Assembly (NCBI RefSeq): GCF_041248615.1 | Contig: NZ_CP158426.1 | Length of the DNA: 64,000 nt | From: Escherichia coli | GTDB lineage: Bacteria; Pseudomonadota; Gammaproteobacteria; Enterobacterales; Enterobacteriaceae | Strand: one strand, 5' to 3' | Shown: positions 49,498 to 61,026 of the stretch, piece after piece | How positions within the stretch are numbered: position 1 is the first letter of the stretch | How the letters are laid out: each line of letters starts with the position of its first letter | The notes under the pieces: model-generated | Told to the model about the DNA's origin: nothing | What the model saw: only the letters and a program-made list of their open reading frames with translations | The model's database searches: none | Position numbers and translations under genes: made by a program

Positions 49498-50643
49498 TTA
49501 GCGAACAACGTTAATCTGTACGTCAGCGTAATGAACCGCGCCTGCAAGTTTTATTGCAGCCTGAATCACCGGAGCCTTACGGGCTTCACGTTCTGATTGT
49601 GCCTGTTCATCCAGCGGCTGGGCGTATACGTAATAACCTTTGGGCAGTGTGTCACCTGATGACAACTGACCAAGGTCGCCCCCGTTCCATACGCCCGGAG
49701 CAATCAGTCCATTCTGAACGGCCTGATCCAGTGATTTTTCAACATTTGATAACAGTCGGGTAATACCAGCTTCAGTCTGGGGAACTTTCGTGGTGCTGGT
49801 ATAAAGCAGGTTATAGAGGTTGGTCTGCACATAATTCTGTAACCAGTCCAGGCCGTGGCGTTCATCAAAGAAATCGCCGTTAGCCATCACTCCCTGCTGG
49901 AGGATAGCCGTATCATTCTGGTAGTACACGAATACATTGCAGTTTTTTGCATCAAGTGCCGATGCCTGGCTGACTGTCAGTGTTTCATACCCGACACCCG
50001 GCTCCTGCTTAAACTTGAGCGTAATCGCGGTATTACTGCCATTGAAATTAACCGTGAATACCCGGCCAAATGCAGATAACGCAGCGTATTTATTACCCGA
50101 TGAATACTGAATAAAACTGCGTGAATATCCGGCGGTTTTCAGTTTTGATGCCAAATCATCGCTGGATGCAGTCTGCAGGCATTTATCATCGCTTGTCGTA
50201 ATCGCCAGAATACGGCTTACAGAAGAGGATTCGATCGCCGCAGCCACTTTCAGCCAGTCTGCATCCGGAATATCTTCATCGTCTGCAATCCCCAGCCCAT
50301 ACCATGAAGTATAATCGAGCATGGCATTCACAGCCTGCTCCAGCGTCTCAGGCGTGGCCTGTTCGCTGTCACCCTTCGTTTTCACCCAACGACCAACAAA
50401 AACCTCCTGAGGTTTCGGTGATTGTGAGAAAAACACCTGCGCAGCCTTATATTCTGGTGATTCCACGCCAAAATCTTTTCCAATATCTTCCGCGGCAGAA
50501 TAACGGCGAATGCGCTCACTTACCGGAATGATTGTGGACGGGCCGAGAATGAGTAATGCACCAAAATTTCGCCCTGATGCTGCACGCGGCGACATGATCA
50601 CATCAACATTAACAACGTTTGATACAGGCAAGCCCTGTGCCAT
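49498..50643 (-). CDS. tail sheath protein (SfV/Mu-like contractile tail)
   Basis: 381 aa; position upstream of tube gene. Confidence 0.65.
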   Translation of the reverse strand: MAQGLPVSNVVNVDVIMSPRAASGRNFGALLILGPSTIIPVSERIRRYSAAEDIGKDFGVESPEYKAAQVFFSQSPKPQEVFVGRWVKTKGDSEQATPETLEQAVNAMLDYTSWYGLGIADDEDIPDADWLKVAAAIESSSVSRILAITTSDDKCLQTASSDDLASKLKTAGYSRSFIQYSSGNKYAALSAFGRVFTVNFNGSNTAITLKFKQEPGVGYETLTVSQASALDAKNCNVFVYYQNDTAILQQGVMANGDFFDERHGLDWLQNYVQTNLYNLLYTSTTKVPQTEAGITRLLSNVEKSLDQAVQNGLIAPGVWNGGDLGQLSSGDTLPKGYYVYAQPLDEQAQSEREARKAPVIQAAIKLAGAVHYADVQINVVR

Positions 50644-50646
50644 AGC

Positions 50647-51255
50647 TTAATCTCCGAAAAAGATGACTGGTGCTTCCACCAGCGATTTAATACCGTACTC
50701 GCGCACAACCTTCCGGCGCAGGCGCACCGTCATATCGTAGCGGCGGACCCATTGCTGATTAATAAGTTCAGGGAAGGGGGTCAGACCTGTGTAATCGCCA
50801 AGAGACAGCCCCAGCGCATTCAGTGCTGCATTGTTCTGCGGTACAGATATACCGTCACGAAACCGGGACGCATACACCATCCCCGCCGGACCATAAAACG
50901 AAGCCATACACTCAATCGTTTCATGCCGCCAGAGCTTAGAGCCATCATCGGTCTGTCTGGTGAATGCCGGACTGTCATCACCTGACCATCCGATAACCCC
51001 AAGCGCACACCAGTTCGTTTCAGCCGGTAGCAGTGGCGGCTGCTCTTTCTGCCAGCGCGGGCGAACCATCCCGGCAGACAGACCGGAAACGTTACGCATC
51101 CACTGGCTTAACAGCCTGTCGAGCGCTTCGTCATAATCCGGATCGCCACTGGTTGGTATCAGCCATCCGCGCTCTGTACTGGTGTTATTGCTCAACCGGA
51201 ATTCCCCCATCAAACGGCAGCAACTCACAATGCGCCTGAACGAATCCGGCACCAT
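50647..51255 (-). CDS. phage head-tail joining/structural protein
   Basis: 202 aa ORF in the head-tail connector region. Confidence 0.55.
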   Translation of the reverse strand: MVPDSFRRIVSCCRLMGEFRLSNNTSTERGWLIPTSGDPDYDEALDRLLSQWMRNVSGLSAGMVRPRWQKEQPPLLPAETNWCALGVIGWSGDDSPAFTRQTDDGSKLWRHETIECMASFYGPAGMVYASRFRDGISVPQNNAALNALGLSLGDYTGLTPFPELINQQWVRRYDMTVRLRRKVVREYGIKSLVEAPVIFFGD

Positions 51256-51574
51256 AAGCTGTATACGGGTCGACGAAGGTCACACGATAATCACGGCCCT
51301 GATACGTCACGATATCGGCATCACGGCCAGTCTGTCCCTGCGTCAGTCGCTCAGTCGTCACAATCAGAATTGCACCGCTGATTACCTGCCCTGCCTGCAT
51401 ACGGCGGTTTTCCAGAGAGCGATCAACAGTTACGACTCCGGCAAACTGCTTTTTAACTTCGCTGTCGCTGCCGATCCCGTCCTCATCCACCGTTTGCACT
51501 CGGCGTGTTACCCACAAATTGAAGTCGCAAAAATCGGGGTCAAAAAGCACATCTGTTACATCAAGAGTCGGCAT
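51185..51574 (-). CDS. phage head-tail joining protein
   Basis: 129 aa; start may be internal given overlap with neighbours. Confidence 0.5.
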   Translation of the reverse strand: MPTLDVTDVLFDPDFCDFNLWVTRRVQTVDEDGIGSDSEVKKQFAGVVTVDRSLENRRMQAGQVISGAILIVTTERLTQGQTGRDADIVTYQGRDYRVTFVDPYTAYGAGFVQAHCELLPFDGGIPVEQ

Positions 51575-52115
51575 CTTTATCCCTCACTACATGGGTAATA
51601 GCTCTGCGATATTGCCCGGTGTCAATTAATGGTTTCGCCAGATCGGTTCCGGGAGATTCGCCAGCAGCACGCCGGGCAAGTTCCAGTGTTGCCCCCTTGC
51701 GCCCCCGACGAGCCCGGGCTTCAACAGTACTGTCAGCAAGCGGCGTAAAGCCGGTAATGGTCATGTAACGCCTGACACCATTAACGGCCAGCGTTCCGGC
51801 ACGGTTGAGTGCGCCTTCTGCTCCCGCAGCATTACCATCCAGTGCAGCCTGCGCCGCGGCTTTGAGCTGCGGCACCGTCTGCTCTTCTGCCGATTTAACG
51901 CCGGGGGCCAGGTGAGGTCGTGGCGGGATGTTCTGCTCTGGTGAGCCGTATTCGTTGAGGTAACCGATGCCCGCATTACCAAACGGAACATCATCCCGCT
52001 CGCTGTCTTCCGAAGGGATGCCGACCAGCACATCTTTTTTGGTTAACGACCTGAGCGCATCCAGAATGGCCTTAGCGTTATCCACCCTCGTTGTTACACC
52101 GCTTTTGAAACTCAT
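51561..52115 (-). CDS. phage head-tail connector/completion protein
   Basis: 184 aa. Confidence 0.55.
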   Translation of the reverse strand: MSFKSGVTTRVDNAKAILDALRSLTKKDVLVGIPSEDSERDDVPFGNAGIGYLNEYGSPEQNIPPRPHLAPGVKSAEEQTVPQLKAAAQAALDGNAAGAEGALNRAGTLAVNGVRRYMTITGFTPLADSTVEARARRGRKGATLELARRAAGESPGTDLAKPLIDTGQYRRAITHVVRDKDADS

Positions 52116-52519
52116 AGCTGGCGACCGCCTGCACCGAACATCGTGATCAACTGATAAAATTCAGCGCCATATCGGGTGTTATTCCAGAAACCTGCATCAG
52201 GATTCAGCGTCGCGCTGGTGTCATAACTGACGCTTACCTTATCCACGGACTTTGAGGACTGAACACCATTGGTTGAACCGCCCGAACCACCAGCCAGCAT
52301 CGCCCGGCTGTCTGCCGCCCAGAGCGTCATGTAGTGCGCAACGAACAACCCGGCAAAGTGAGGAAACAACTTTTTGCCGGTGACGTTTTCGCTCAGCAGT
52401 TCATCGGCCAGATTCAGACGAAACTGGATTTGCGCTTCGGGATATTTGGCAGGGTCAGCAAACTGCGGGAAGTCGCGGCGAAAATCACTTACCGCTGGCA
52501 GACTTTGATTCTTTGGCAT
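52112..52519 (-). CDS. phage structural protein (head completion-like)
   Basis: 135 aa; start/stop coupling. Confidence 0.55.
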   Translation of the reverse strand: MPKNQSLPAVSDFRRDFPQFADPAKYPEAQIQFRLNLADELLSENVTGKKLFPHFAGLFVAHYMTLWAADSRAMLAGGSGGSTNGVQSSKSVDKVSVSYDTSATLNPDAGFWNNTRYGAEFYQLITMFGAGGRQL

Positions 52520-52706
52520 TTTTTACCTCGTTACGCGCGTCTGTGGCTTTGCCAACGGATACTTCCGCGTGCGCACGAGTGAACCAGTGCGTGGCAACGT
52601 CTTCCTCCACAGCATGACGGCCTTTAACAAACTCGCGCCGTGAACCGTCGGGAAGCGTGAGCACAAACGGGGTATGTACGTGTATTACTGCATTATTTTT
52701 TGCCAT
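52485..52706 (-). CDS. small phage protein
   Basis: 73 aa ORF between major capsid gene and head completion genes. Confidence 0.45.
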   Translation of the reverse strand: MAKNNAVIHVHTPFVLTLPDGSRREFVKGRHAVEEDVATHWFTRAHAEVSVGKATDARNEVKNAKESKSASGK

Positions 52707-52747
52707 CGGGTCATCCTTAATGGCCCCGCCAGGGGGCCATGTGGCTG

Positions 52748-53689
52748 TTAAATGCCATCAACGTACGAAATGGTTTCTTTGTACACTGGCTCGACTGCAC
52801 CCAGCTTGCCGTAGTAAGTGACGATCTGATACAGACCGCGATACTGCACCGGCACGCTCTGAAGCGGAACCAGCGGGTAGCGGACGTATTTTTTATCGTT
52901 GGTGTACGCAACCATGCGATCCTTATTCCCCACACCACGGCCTTTCAGCCATTTAACCGCGCGGATATTCAGCGGAATACCGTTCTGGTGATAGCTGATG
53001 GTGTTGGTCTGAAGGTACGTCAACAGGGACTGGTTACCCGCAGATGAAACGATGATGCTGGACAACAGAGCAAACTGCTCAGGCGGGATCAGCAAATCAC
53101 GCGGAACCACAGAGTAACCGGAAGCGGCCCACGCATCAGACAGCACCTGGTTAATGCTTGCGCGGATTTCGTCCGGTGTTGAGGTTGCCCACGTTTTGGC
53201 AGCGTTGTTGACAGGCACACCGTCCAGGGTAACAAGACCTTTCAGGTTTAATGCGGAATCGCCAACATACACCTGTTCATCGTTATCCATCTGCCATTTC
53301 AGTTGCATCCCGTCATACTTCTGCGTATCGATCGGGCGTCCGACCTGCTGAGCAGCCTGCAATTCTATGACCGTCCAGCCAAGTTCCATCCCCCACAGGT
53401 TCAGCGGGTTACCGGATTTGCCGATATCCACGTTTACGCCAGCAATAGCGGTTGAGTCTTTGCCTACCCAGTTTTTGCCATTCGGATTTGCACCAGTACC
53501 CGCAGCGGCGAAGCTGGTATTCGTCCAGCTGGAAATGTCATCTGCGATGGAGACATCTTCACGCAGTTGGATATCGCGGGTCCAGGTGTACCCCACCAGT
53601 GGCAGGTTCAGCGTCTGGTCGAGTCGCTCCAGCTCCCCGATGAGAAAGGCACCAGAGCTGTCAACGGTTGCCTGATCAAAAGTAATCAT
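52748..53689 (-). CDS. major capsid protein
   Basis: 313 aa; position downstream of scaffold/decoration-like genes. Confidence 0.7.
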   Translation of the reverse strand: MITFDQATVDSSGAFLIGELERLDQTLNLPLVGYTWTRDIQLREDVSIADDISSWTNTSFAAAGTGANPNGKNWVGKDSTAIAGVNVDIGKSGNPLNLWGMELGWTVIELQAAQQVGRPIDTQKYDGMQLKWQMDNDEQVYVGDSALNLKGLVTLDGVPVNNAAKTWATSTPDEIRASINQVLSDAWAASGYSVVPRDLLIPPEQFALLSSIIVSSAGNQSLLTYLQTNTISYHQNGIPLNIRAVKWLKGRGVGNKDRMVAYTNDKKYVRYPLVPLQSVPVQYRGLYQIVTYYGKLGAVEPVYKETISYVDGI

Positions 53690-53700
53690 TCGTCTGTTCC

Positions 53701-54207
53701 TTAAATCTTCCAGGAAATTTCTGCATTGCCGTCAGCATCACCGGCACCTGTGAATTCAGCGTTGGTCAGCACCACGTTTTTGCCACTGACTGACGTGGCC
53801 ATGAATCCACCCAGCGGCACTTTGATGGATTCATCAGTGGAGACGACAACGTATACCGGGTCGCCTTTTTTGATGGTGCTGGCATCAAAATCAGAACCGA
53901 GATTAACGGTCACGTAGCCACGCTTCATTGCGTCGCCCGGGAAGTTCTTGCCACTCCCCACCTGGCGAACCATGTCCGGCTGCGAAGTGGTCGGATAAGG
54001 GCGCACATAGATCCCCTTCACCTTGTCTGCGGTATCACCATCTGCCAGCGGCACGAAAAAACCGTCATCATCGTATTTACCAGCCAGCCCATAGGCAGCA
54101 AAGGCGTTATCGGATTTAAGGACCACCGGTTCGACGGTTAAGTCCTGCGGGCGAGAGACAGCCCCGGCAATGCCAACAGGCATCCGGTACAGAAATACAT
54201 TATTCAT
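53701..54207 (-). CDS. phage head protein (decoration or scaffold-associated)
   Basis: 168 aa immediately upstream of major capsid gene. Confidence 0.55.
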   Translation of the reverse strand: MNNVFLYRMPVGIAGAVSRPQDLTVEPVVLKSDNAFAAYGLAGKYDDDGFFVPLADGDTADKVKGIYVRPYPTTSQPDMVRQVGSGKNFPGDAMKRGYVTVNLGSDFDASTIKKGDPVYVVVSTDESIKVPLGGFMATSVSGKNVVLTNAEFTGAGDADGNAEISWKI

Positions 54208-54210
54208 TTT

Positions 54211-55431
54211 TTACCCTTTACGGTTTGCCCAGAATTCAGCGTTTTGTTTGTTCAGGGAAGCGATACTGGTCATGCCCATATTTGGGCGCTGTGCATCGCC
54301 GGTGGTGGCGCGGGTGTTTCGCCCTTTGGCAATCTCAGACACGGCATTAAACGCCATGTCGACTGATTGTTTCGGCAATTTGCGGATATCCGCATCACCG
54401 ACTATCTGGCGAACCAGCGTTTTGTCAGCAGAAGCCAGAACCTCGCGTTTGAACGCGGTCGGTTTCATCTTACGGCTCAGATCGATACCCGGAACGATAA
54501 CTTCGGCACGCCAGGCTGAGTCACCAGTAATCGTGGTTTCCTCTTCATCGTCCTCGCCGTCACCGGTCGGATTATCGTCAGGCTTATTATCGTTATCGCC
54601 CGTGGCATTTCCTTCCAGCTTAGCCAGCAGGGCTTTCAGTAATGTTTTGAGGTCATCATCACTGTCGCCGGTTGGACCTCCACCCATCTCTGGTGCTTTG
54701 TCCGGTAGTGGTTGCTGCGGGGACAGGTTGATATTGAGATTAACGCCCTGCGGCAAATCCCCCTCATCTCCTGTAACCGATGCGGGAGCCGACTCCACCA
54801 GTTCGTTCATGGTGTCGGCATCTCCTGTCTTGATGGCCGCACGCATGCGGTTCCACCAGTTTTTCTTTTGATTTGCCATTGTGTCTCTGTCTCCAATTGC
54901 ACAACGATTTCCGGCTCTGCCTTTAGGGACAAGAGCCACATGGTTTCCGGTAATATCGACCTGCTCAGCTTTACCTGGCTCGGTCTGCTCGTACTCCGCG
55001 TCATAGCCGCACGACACTTCGCGCAGGCCATCTTCGATAAGCTGAATGGCGTTTTCGTCTTTGACGATAAGGTCAGCCAGCATCAAATCAGACTGCTCAC
55101 CCGTCCCGCGCCGGACATTCTGGAGGTGCCCGACAGCAAGCTCTTTCCAGTTCTCGGGATTTACCAGCCGCACATTCCCGTTTTCATCTTCAGGATGCAG
55201 AATCGTGATGCTCATCCCTTCGAATGAGGCAAGCGTGGCCGGATGGAATACCTGCTCAGGAGAACGCGTGACGACTATTTCACCGAACTTATCGGGTTTC
55301 AGTTTTGGCAGGTCATCAGCACCATAGAGCTGCTTACCTGTTCGTCCTATCGGCACGTCTCTGCACAGCAACGAGCCGTCAGCCAGCTGATAGCGGGTTT
55401 CCCCCAGCCGGGTATTGAAAAAATATTTCAT
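54211..55431 (-). CDS. putative prohead protease/scaffolding protein
   Basis: 406 aa with acidic low-complexity linker (..GDSDDDL..GDGEDDEEE..); position between head morphogenesis and capsid genes. Confidence 0.6.
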   Translation of the reverse strand: MKYFFNTRLGETRYQLADGSLLCRDVPIGRTGKQLYGADDLPKLKPDKFGEIVVTRSPEQVFHPATLASFEGMSITILHPEDENGNVRLVNPENWKELAVGHLQNVRRGTGEQSDLMLADLIVKDENAIQLIEDGLREVSCGYDAEYEQTEPGKAEQVDITGNHVALVPKGRAGNRCAIGDRDTMANQKKNWWNRMRAAIKTGDADTMNELVESAPASVTGDEGDLPQGVNLNINLSPQQPLPDKAPEMGGGPTGDSDDDLKTLLKALLAKLEGNATGDNDNKPDDNPTGDGEDDEEETTITGDSAWRAEVIVPGIDLSRKMKPTAFKREVLASADKTLVRQIVGDADIRKLPKQSVDMAFNAVSEIAKGRNTRATTGDAQRPNMGMTSIASLNKQNAEFWANRKG

Positions 55432-55445
55432 GTGTTACCTGCGAT

Positions 55446-56219
55446 TCAGGCGGGATAAGATTGGGAGGTGGGAAAAACGATTTCTTTATAACAACGACAA
55501 TTCGGGAGCTCGCCAGCGTGACCGGTCATGCCGTCAAGCGTTGGAGGTTTGCCCCATTCGACAAATTTACCTTCCATTTCCCGATGAGAATGCCTGACGT
55601 CACCATCTTCGGCTGTACGCCAAATATAACCATTCGAACCAATTGACAGCGCACGCGCCTGATCCAGCGCGCCGGTTGCACGTCCAAGTTCAGTACGGGC
55701 AATCAGGTCAGCTCTGGACTTTGCTATATCACCCGATGCGGCTATTTCTTTAGCAAAATGTTCTGCTCTCCCACCGGTCACAACAGCTTCTATCGCCCGA
55801 TTCTGGATGTCGTACACCCTGTCAGCCGCCTCGAGGGGGAGCGATTTGATGTACTTGACCTGTTCGGCGATGATGGATTGCATCACCTGGCCCACAGGAG
55901 CGCTTTCCACAAGATTGCGGAGCTCGCGACTGATGTTCTTGCTGTGTTGCCGCCAAACTTTCTCGTTCTGCCGGGTTAGGTCCGCAGTAAAGTTTTCCGC
56001 GACCTTTGTCGCCCAGGGGGTGATGATTTCACTGTAGCGTTCCAGCGCCTCAATAATTTCCGTGATACTGTCATTTGAACCATCGTAGCGACCATTTACG
56101 ATGTCTCCGACCGCCCGCGCTATCCTGCGTAGGCTGGTTCGATAGCGGATTTCCGCCTGACGGTTCCTGCGGTTCGTCATCAGGTTCGCCGATGCCGGGC
56201 GGCGCTTCATCTTCGGCAT
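55446..56219 (-). CDS. head morphogenesis protein (Mu F / SPP1 gp7-like)
   Basis: 257 aa; conserved C-terminal ..RTAEDGDVRHSHREMEGK.. motif; start probably downstream of the annotated one because of overlap with portal. Confidence 0.7.
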   Translation of the reverse strand: MPKMKRRPASANLMTNRRNRQAEIRYRTSLRRIARAVGDIVNGRYDGSNDSITEIIEALERYSEIITPWATKVAENFTADLTRQNEKVWRQHSKNISRELRNLVESAPVGQVMQSIIAEQVKYIKSLPLEAADRVYDIQNRAIEAVVTGGRAEHFAKEIAASGDIAKSRADLIARTELGRATGALDQARALSIGSNGYIWRTAEDGDVRHSHREMEGKFVEWGKPPTLDGMTGHAGELPNCRCYKEIVFPTSQSYPA

Positions 56220-57537
56220 TCTCGATGTCCTCGTCGGTAATGGATGCCCCGATGCCGGTTACGTCAGAATTTTCGCGCAAATCAGTCATAGCGGCTTTCA
56301 GTGTCATCAGACCATCACCCAGCGCTGTACTGATTGCGTTGGTGGTATTTAACGCCACCGTTGAACGATCGACATCAGACATTTGCCAGAGCGGGTTAAA
56401 CTCAAACGTGAAATCATCCGGGAGCGGCTTGCCAAGTTCCGAACGATGCATGATGTCCAGTATCCGCCGCACCGGAAGACGTAAACGTCTCTCCTGCAAC
56501 GAACTGATGCGGTCGTAATAGTTGGCAAGGTCTGCATCACCGGTAGAAAATCCTTTCGGGGACTGTCCAAACAGCCGCACCAGTGGGATACCAACAGCGC
56601 CACTAATCTGTTCTGCAAACTGTGAAAGGATGTCATCCAGACCACTGAAGCTGTACTGATGAGTTTCAAACTTATCCCGCGAGTCCATGAGCGTCATGCC
56701 TTCATTGCTCTGGAACTGTCGAATCAGGTCTATATTCTTCAGCAACGCTTCATACGCAGGACCACCAAGTGCGATAAGCTCGCGTAGCTTCTCCACGCTG
56801 TAGGTACGCAAATGCGCTTTGTAGACCAGCTGCGCCGCGCCGACAGTAGCGCTGTCGAACGCGGTAAGACGATCCCAGATACGCTCTACAACCGACATTC
56901 CCCATTCGTTCTCGGTCATCTTCTGCTGAAATGGCAGCGTGACGCCATCAAAGCGAATCAGTCGACTGTGATGAATGCGCCAGGCAGGAATTCCCGTTGC
57001 TGTGGTCACCACATCGTAAAACTCAGGTTTACCCAGGTCCGGCCCCATATCTTTAATGCGGCGGGTCAGTACCGGGTCAATCATCCAGCGGTCGAGCGGG
57101 AGAATCCCCTTAAACTTGCCCTTACCGATGGTTTCGGGTCGCAGCGGGGTCATTGGTGCCTGCCCCTCAATCATGATGAAACCCACCGCGCCGCCGTAGA
57201 GGCGCGACCATTTCAGCACGTCATTCAGCGCATCCCAGATTTGCAACTCATCCAGTTGTGATTCGAGAATGCCACGATCTTTTGCATCAATTTCCGAAGT
57301 GATGCGAATGCCTTTGCGGGTCATATCATCTGGGATAGCATCGACCGCTTCGCCGATGATCCAGGACGAACGATAGGACCATTCCACCAGCATGCGGTTA
57401 CGACTGGTGAAATTAGCCCGGTAGGTGGATGCTGAGTGCTGGTTAGGTGTCTGCATCCCTACGCGGGCAATAAAATTCTCATAACCATCAGCTGTGGCCT
57501 GCGCAGTTCGCCGCAGGGCTTGTTTGTTTCGTGCCAT
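56071..57537 (-). CDS. portal protein
   Basis: 488 aa; position directly after large terminase. Confidence 0.75.
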   Translation of the reverse strand: MARNKQALRRTAQATADGYENFIARVGMQTPNQHSASTYRANFTSRNRMLVEWSYRSSWIIGEAVDAIPDDMTRKGIRITSEIDAKDRGILESQLDELQIWDALNDVLKWSRLYGGAVGFIMIEGQAPMTPLRPETIGKGKFKGILPLDRWMIDPVLTRRIKDMGPDLGKPEFYDVVTTATGIPAWRIHHSRLIRFDGVTLPFQQKMTENEWGMSVVERIWDRLTAFDSATVGAAQLVYKAHLRTYSVEKLRELIALGGPAYEALLKNIDLIRQFQSNEGMTLMDSRDKFETHQYSFSGLDDILSQFAEQISGAVGIPLVRLFGQSPKGFSTGDADLANYYDRISSLQERRLRLPVRRILDIMHRSELGKPLPDDFTFEFNPLWQMSDVDRSTVALNTTNAISTALGDGLMTLKAAMTDLRENSDVTGIGASITDEDIENAEDEAPPGIGEPDDEPQEPSGGNPLSNQPTQDSAGGRRHRKWSLRWFK

Positions 57538-59159
57538 CAGGCCTGTCTCCCTAGCAGCTCCCAGATGTTCAGGGCTGAATTCATTGGGGCATAGTTGATC
57601 ATCACCGAGTCGGCAAGGTTTGGCGATCGGGTTCCATCAGGCTGTTTATCAATAACGATTTTTCCCACACCATTAATGGAATAGGTCGGCTGCGAAAGCT
57701 CGATGATGAGTTTATCTTTGAGTGCCATGCTACTGCTGATTGAGATGATTTCGTCCGGGTTGTAAGCCATACCTTCAACCACGGCGCGCCAGGTATTCTG
57801 AAAAAGTTTACGTAACCGCCACCAGCTCTGGGCTTTGGCGTTAGCGAAGAAGTCCTTGTTCAGACGTGCGGCTTGCCCGTTGTCCCCGCGAACAGCTTCA
57901 TCATCTGGATCAAATACCGCGCCACTACCTCGAAACGGTGTGGCGAGTATTGACGGTCGACGCGCAACGTTACGCAGTTCGTTGATAGCGCGTGCATCGC
58001 CGCGAACGCCAGCGCCCAGCCCGTCCTCGTCAAAGCGAAACTCTTCGAGGTTGTCCTGTTCGCAAAAACCGAAAACCTTCTCGACGGACTGATAAATGTC
58101 ACTGCCCACACCGGACCATTCCCGCACATTTTCCAGGAGGAAGCCATGACGGGTGGAAAATGCATTTTTGTCCCTGCCTTCGTCGGCGACATCCATCGCG
58201 CCAAGTCGTTTGCCTGTTGGCTGGATACCCAGTTTGATATGTGCATCAACGGCAGCCTGTACCCATTCGGATGGAATCAGGACGCCTTCCGCTGATGCGC
58301 TGTAGTTCAGATCAAGTTCCTGTGCCACCACCACCGGATTATCGATTTTCTCGCATTCCCTGCGATACCACTCTTCATCCTTGCGAGGATCATCCCGCCA
58401 GTGGAATGTGAATACCGGTATCTTCCCGCCATGACGCTTCTGAGCGAACGGGTTCGCCATGCCGTTAACTGAACTCAGGTCAATACGGCAACGCGTCGTT
58501 TGTGACAACGCCGCATCAATCAGCAGAGGACGCTGAAGGAATGCAGCCTCATCAACCAGATAAAGCGTGGTACGGTCACCACGACCAATATTATCGCCAG
58601 CCTCGCCTTTGATAACGGCACCAGTTTCAGGAAACTCAACACGCATATATGGCGCGTGCTTCTTCTCGCTCCACGAACCGCGAAACTCTACAGGTAGTGT
58701 TTCCACGAACTTGCGCGCCTTCCAGAACAATGCTTTCGGGTCACCGGTGCTGTCGACGTATTCCTCTTTACGGGAGCCGAAACCGATAACCATTTCTTTG
58801 TTGAAGAGACAAAGCGAGCAGGCCAGTCCGATCGCGGTCCAACTGAGCCCCATTTCACGGGATTTTTCGGTAATACCATTCTCCCTATTGCCCCAGCGTT
58901 CCATAATCCAGTGGATCCACTCCTCCTGCTTAGGGAAGAGTAAAAACGGAATGGTCACCGGCAGGCCATAATCAATATTACGCGGGTCCGTTGTCATGCC
59001 CCAGTCGATGATGAACTGAGCCGGGTTGGTTCGGTAAAACTGTTTTAGTGCTGGCAATATTTCAGGGTTCTGGCGAATGCGCTGTAAGCGTTCCATCCGC
59101 CATTCAAAAACCATCTGGTAATCAGGATTTTTAAAATCGAAGGGGAATGGTAACGGCAT
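57537..59159 (-). CDS. terminase large subunit
   Basis: 540 aa; ATPase plus nuclease-size protein following small terminase. Confidence 0.8.
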   Translation of the reverse strand: MPLPFPFDFKNPDYQMVFEWRMERLQRIRQNPEILPALKQFYRTNPAQFIIDWGMTTDPRNIDYGLPVTIPFLLFPKQEEWIHWIMERWGNRENGITEKSREMGLSWTAIGLACSLCLFNKEMVIGFGSRKEEYVDSTGDPKALFWKARKFVETLPVEFRGSWSEKKHAPYMRVEFPETGAVIKGEAGDNIGRGDRTTLYLVDEAAFLQRPLLIDAALSQTTRCRIDLSSVNGMANPFAQKRHGGKIPVFTFHWRDDPRKDEEWYRRECEKIDNPVVVAQELDLNYSASAEGVLIPSEWVQAAVDAHIKLGIQPTGKRLGAMDVADEGRDKNAFSTRHGFLLENVREWSGVGSDIYQSVEKVFGFCEQDNLEEFRFDEDGLGAGVRGDARAINELRNVARRPSILATPFRGSGAVFDPDDEAVRGDNGQAARLNKDFFANAKAQSWWRLRKLFQNTWRAVVEGMAYNPDEIISISSSMALKDKLIIELSQPTYSINGVGKIVIDKQPDGTRSPNLADSVMINYAPMNSALNIWELLGRQA

Positions 59160-59161
59160 AC

Positions 59162-59728
59162 TTAGCCCATCATTTTTCTATACGCCTCTGCAGCCTGCTC
59201 CGGCGTTAAGTTGGTAATTTCTGTTCTGACTGGTCCTCCATCAGCGCCAGTCACTTCATTTTTGACGTTGTCTTTAAACGCCTGAACAGAAACATGACGC
59301 CCAAGCAACTCAAGGTTTTTAACCTTATCAGGCCATTTGATTTTCTTCAGAAGTGCGGCGCTATCTGCGGATACCATCTCCATGACATCCATTCCTGATA
59401 GCGTTGTGCGCCATACCTTAGGCCAGTCTTTAATGGGTTTTAGATCACCGTTTTGCAGGAGAATGTCGAGCACATCCATCTGGTCGATTTCAATAAGGCG
59501 ATTAAGTACATATTCTGCATTAATACCAACAAGATCATTGCGTTGCGCTTTCAGTTCAGCGATTCTGAATTGTATGTCAGGTTTTGACAGGTTTTCGGAT
59601 GCGGTACGGTTAGCTGTCTTTGCGCTGTACCCCGCCCGAATAGCCGCTTGCGTGGCGTTTAAATCGATGAGGTACTCGCGACAGAACATTTCTTGCTTGT
59701 CGGTGAGTGCCATTACTTTTCCTAACAC
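59162..59728 (-). CDS. terminase small subunit
   Basis: 188 aa; N-terminal [15 protein letters not shown].. typical of terminase small subunits. Confidence 0.8.
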   Translation of the reverse strand: MLGKVMALTDKQEMFCREYLIDLNATQAAIRAGYSAKTANRTASENLSKPDIQFRIAELKAQRNDLVGINAEYVLNRLIEIDQMDVLDILLQNGDLKPIKDWPKVWRTTLSGMDVMEMVSADSAALLKKIKWPDKVKNLELLGRHVSVQAFKDNVKNEVTGADGGPVRTEITNLTPEQAAEAYRKMMG

Positions 59729-59743
59729 TGAGGTAATTTATTC

Positions 59744-59932
59744 TTGGACAGTTACTACATAACTATCAATGCAATACAAATCATGCTTGCGAAGAGCAAT
59801 GGTTTTTACTTGATCGCCTGGTCTAATCAAAACCGCACAGCAAGCTCGAAAGAAGAGCTTGCTCGTATTTTGGCGTCAGAATTTAGTATCACTAATCTCG
59901 AAGCTACCAACTACGTTGCCGATCTGAACTAA
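59744..59932 (+). CDS. small hypothetical protein (only plus-strand ORF in this part of the prophage)
   Basis: 62 aa ATG ORF in otherwise non-coding gap; no recognisable features. Confidence 0.3.
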   Translation: MDSYYITINAIQIMLAKSNGFYLIAWSNQNRTASSKEELARILASEFSITNLEATNYVADLN

Positions 59933-60157
59933 CTTTTTTGCGGCCATCAAATCGGAACTGCTGTAGTTGATGGCCAATCATTCCTGCTAGCTAATTCGTT
60001 ACTCTGTTGTTTATTCTGCAGGTTTTTCTGTCTACTCTGCAGGTATCTTCAACGACTCATTCCAAATGGTCAGGTGGTTATTGTGCGCTGAGATGCGCGT
60101 TGAAATTCAGATGTGAAAAGGCCCCGCTAAAAGCGAGGCCATAAATCACTTGATATC

Positions 60158-60583
60158 TTACTGAGAACGCTGGAGTAATCCGCGCTGAGCGAGAACTAGA
60201 ACAATGTCATAAGACCCTTGCCTGTCTTTATAGCAAGTTTTATCAACTAACTCAGCTTTGCTAATTCCGGGTAAATCAAGAATCAGATTCGCAACTTCAA
60301 TTGCCCTTTGGTACAACTTACCGATCTTTTTCTCCCCATGATGTGGTTTTACATTCTTCAGATAACCGCTATCCGCCAGAGCGAGAAACGTTGCCCTTGG
60401 GCATCCCTTCTTTCTTGCCGATTCGCTTTCTGTAACCTCAGCGACAGCAGCATCCCATGCATCACGCGGGGATATTGAATTATCAGCAACCAAATAATAA
60501 GCAATTAAAGCGGCGCGCGCGTATTGAGACATAATGCATCCATATACAAAAATCTTATGATAAGACTTTTCTAATATGAACAC
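60158..60583 (-). CDS. hypothetical phage protein downstream of lysis cassette
   Basis: 141 aa ORF (probable start MSQYARAAL near 60532); soluble; no recognised motifs. Confidence 0.5.
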   Translation of the reverse strand: MFILEKSYHKIFVYGCIMSQYARAALIAYYLVADNSISPRDAWDAAVAEVTESESARKKGCPRATFLALADSGYLKNVKPHHGEKKIGKLYQRAIEVANLILDLPGISKAELVDKTCYKDRQGSYDIVLVLAQRGLLQRSQ

Positions 60584-61026
60584 TGTGATCTCACATACTC
60601 TTGCAGGCCATTCAATTGGTTAGTTATGGTTTCGATGCGCTCTCTGAGAACGAAATAATCCCGTTGAGCGGTGTCAGTAAGTCTGGGGCTGGCGCCATCA
60701 TCCACGCCGGAGGCGGCGGTGGTTTTATGCATGTCCGGACAGACTGCTTTGACGCGCAGCCACTTACGACCAGCAGAAACATCAGCACGAATACTTTCGA
60801 TAGTCGCGTTAGCATCAGCAAGCTCCTTTGTGTATCTGGCGTCGAGTTCTGCTACATCACGTTGACGCTTCTGCATGTCAGCGATGATGTACGTGGCTTT
60901 ATCGCGCTGTTCTTTATAGGTAATGGCGTTATCACGGTAATGATTAACAGCCCATGACAGACAGACGATGATGCAGATAACCAGAGCGGAGATAATCGCG
61001 GTTAACCTGCTCATTGCTGCCCCCAC
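60571..61026 (-). CDS. rz: i-spanin Rz
   Basis: 151 aa; N-terminal TM anchor, coiled-coil periplasmic domain; follows endolysin. Confidence 0.85.
   Translation of the reverse strand: MGAAMSRLTAIISALVICIIVCLSWAVNHYRDNAITYKEQRDKATYIIADMQKRQRDVAELDARYTKELADANATIESIRADVSAGRKWLRVKAVCPDMHKTTAASGVDDGASPRLTDTAQRDYFVLRERIETITNQLNGLQEYVRSQCSY
60624..60821 (-). CDS. rz1: o-spanin Rz1 (lipoprotein embedded in +1 frame of Rz)
   Basis: 65 aa; lipobox VVSGC; proline-rich [16 protein letters not shown] matching lambda Rz1. Confidence 0.85.
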   Translation of the reverse strand: MLMLTRLSKVFVLMFLLVVSGCASKQSVRTCIKPPPPPAWMMAPAPDLLTPLNGIISFSESASKP

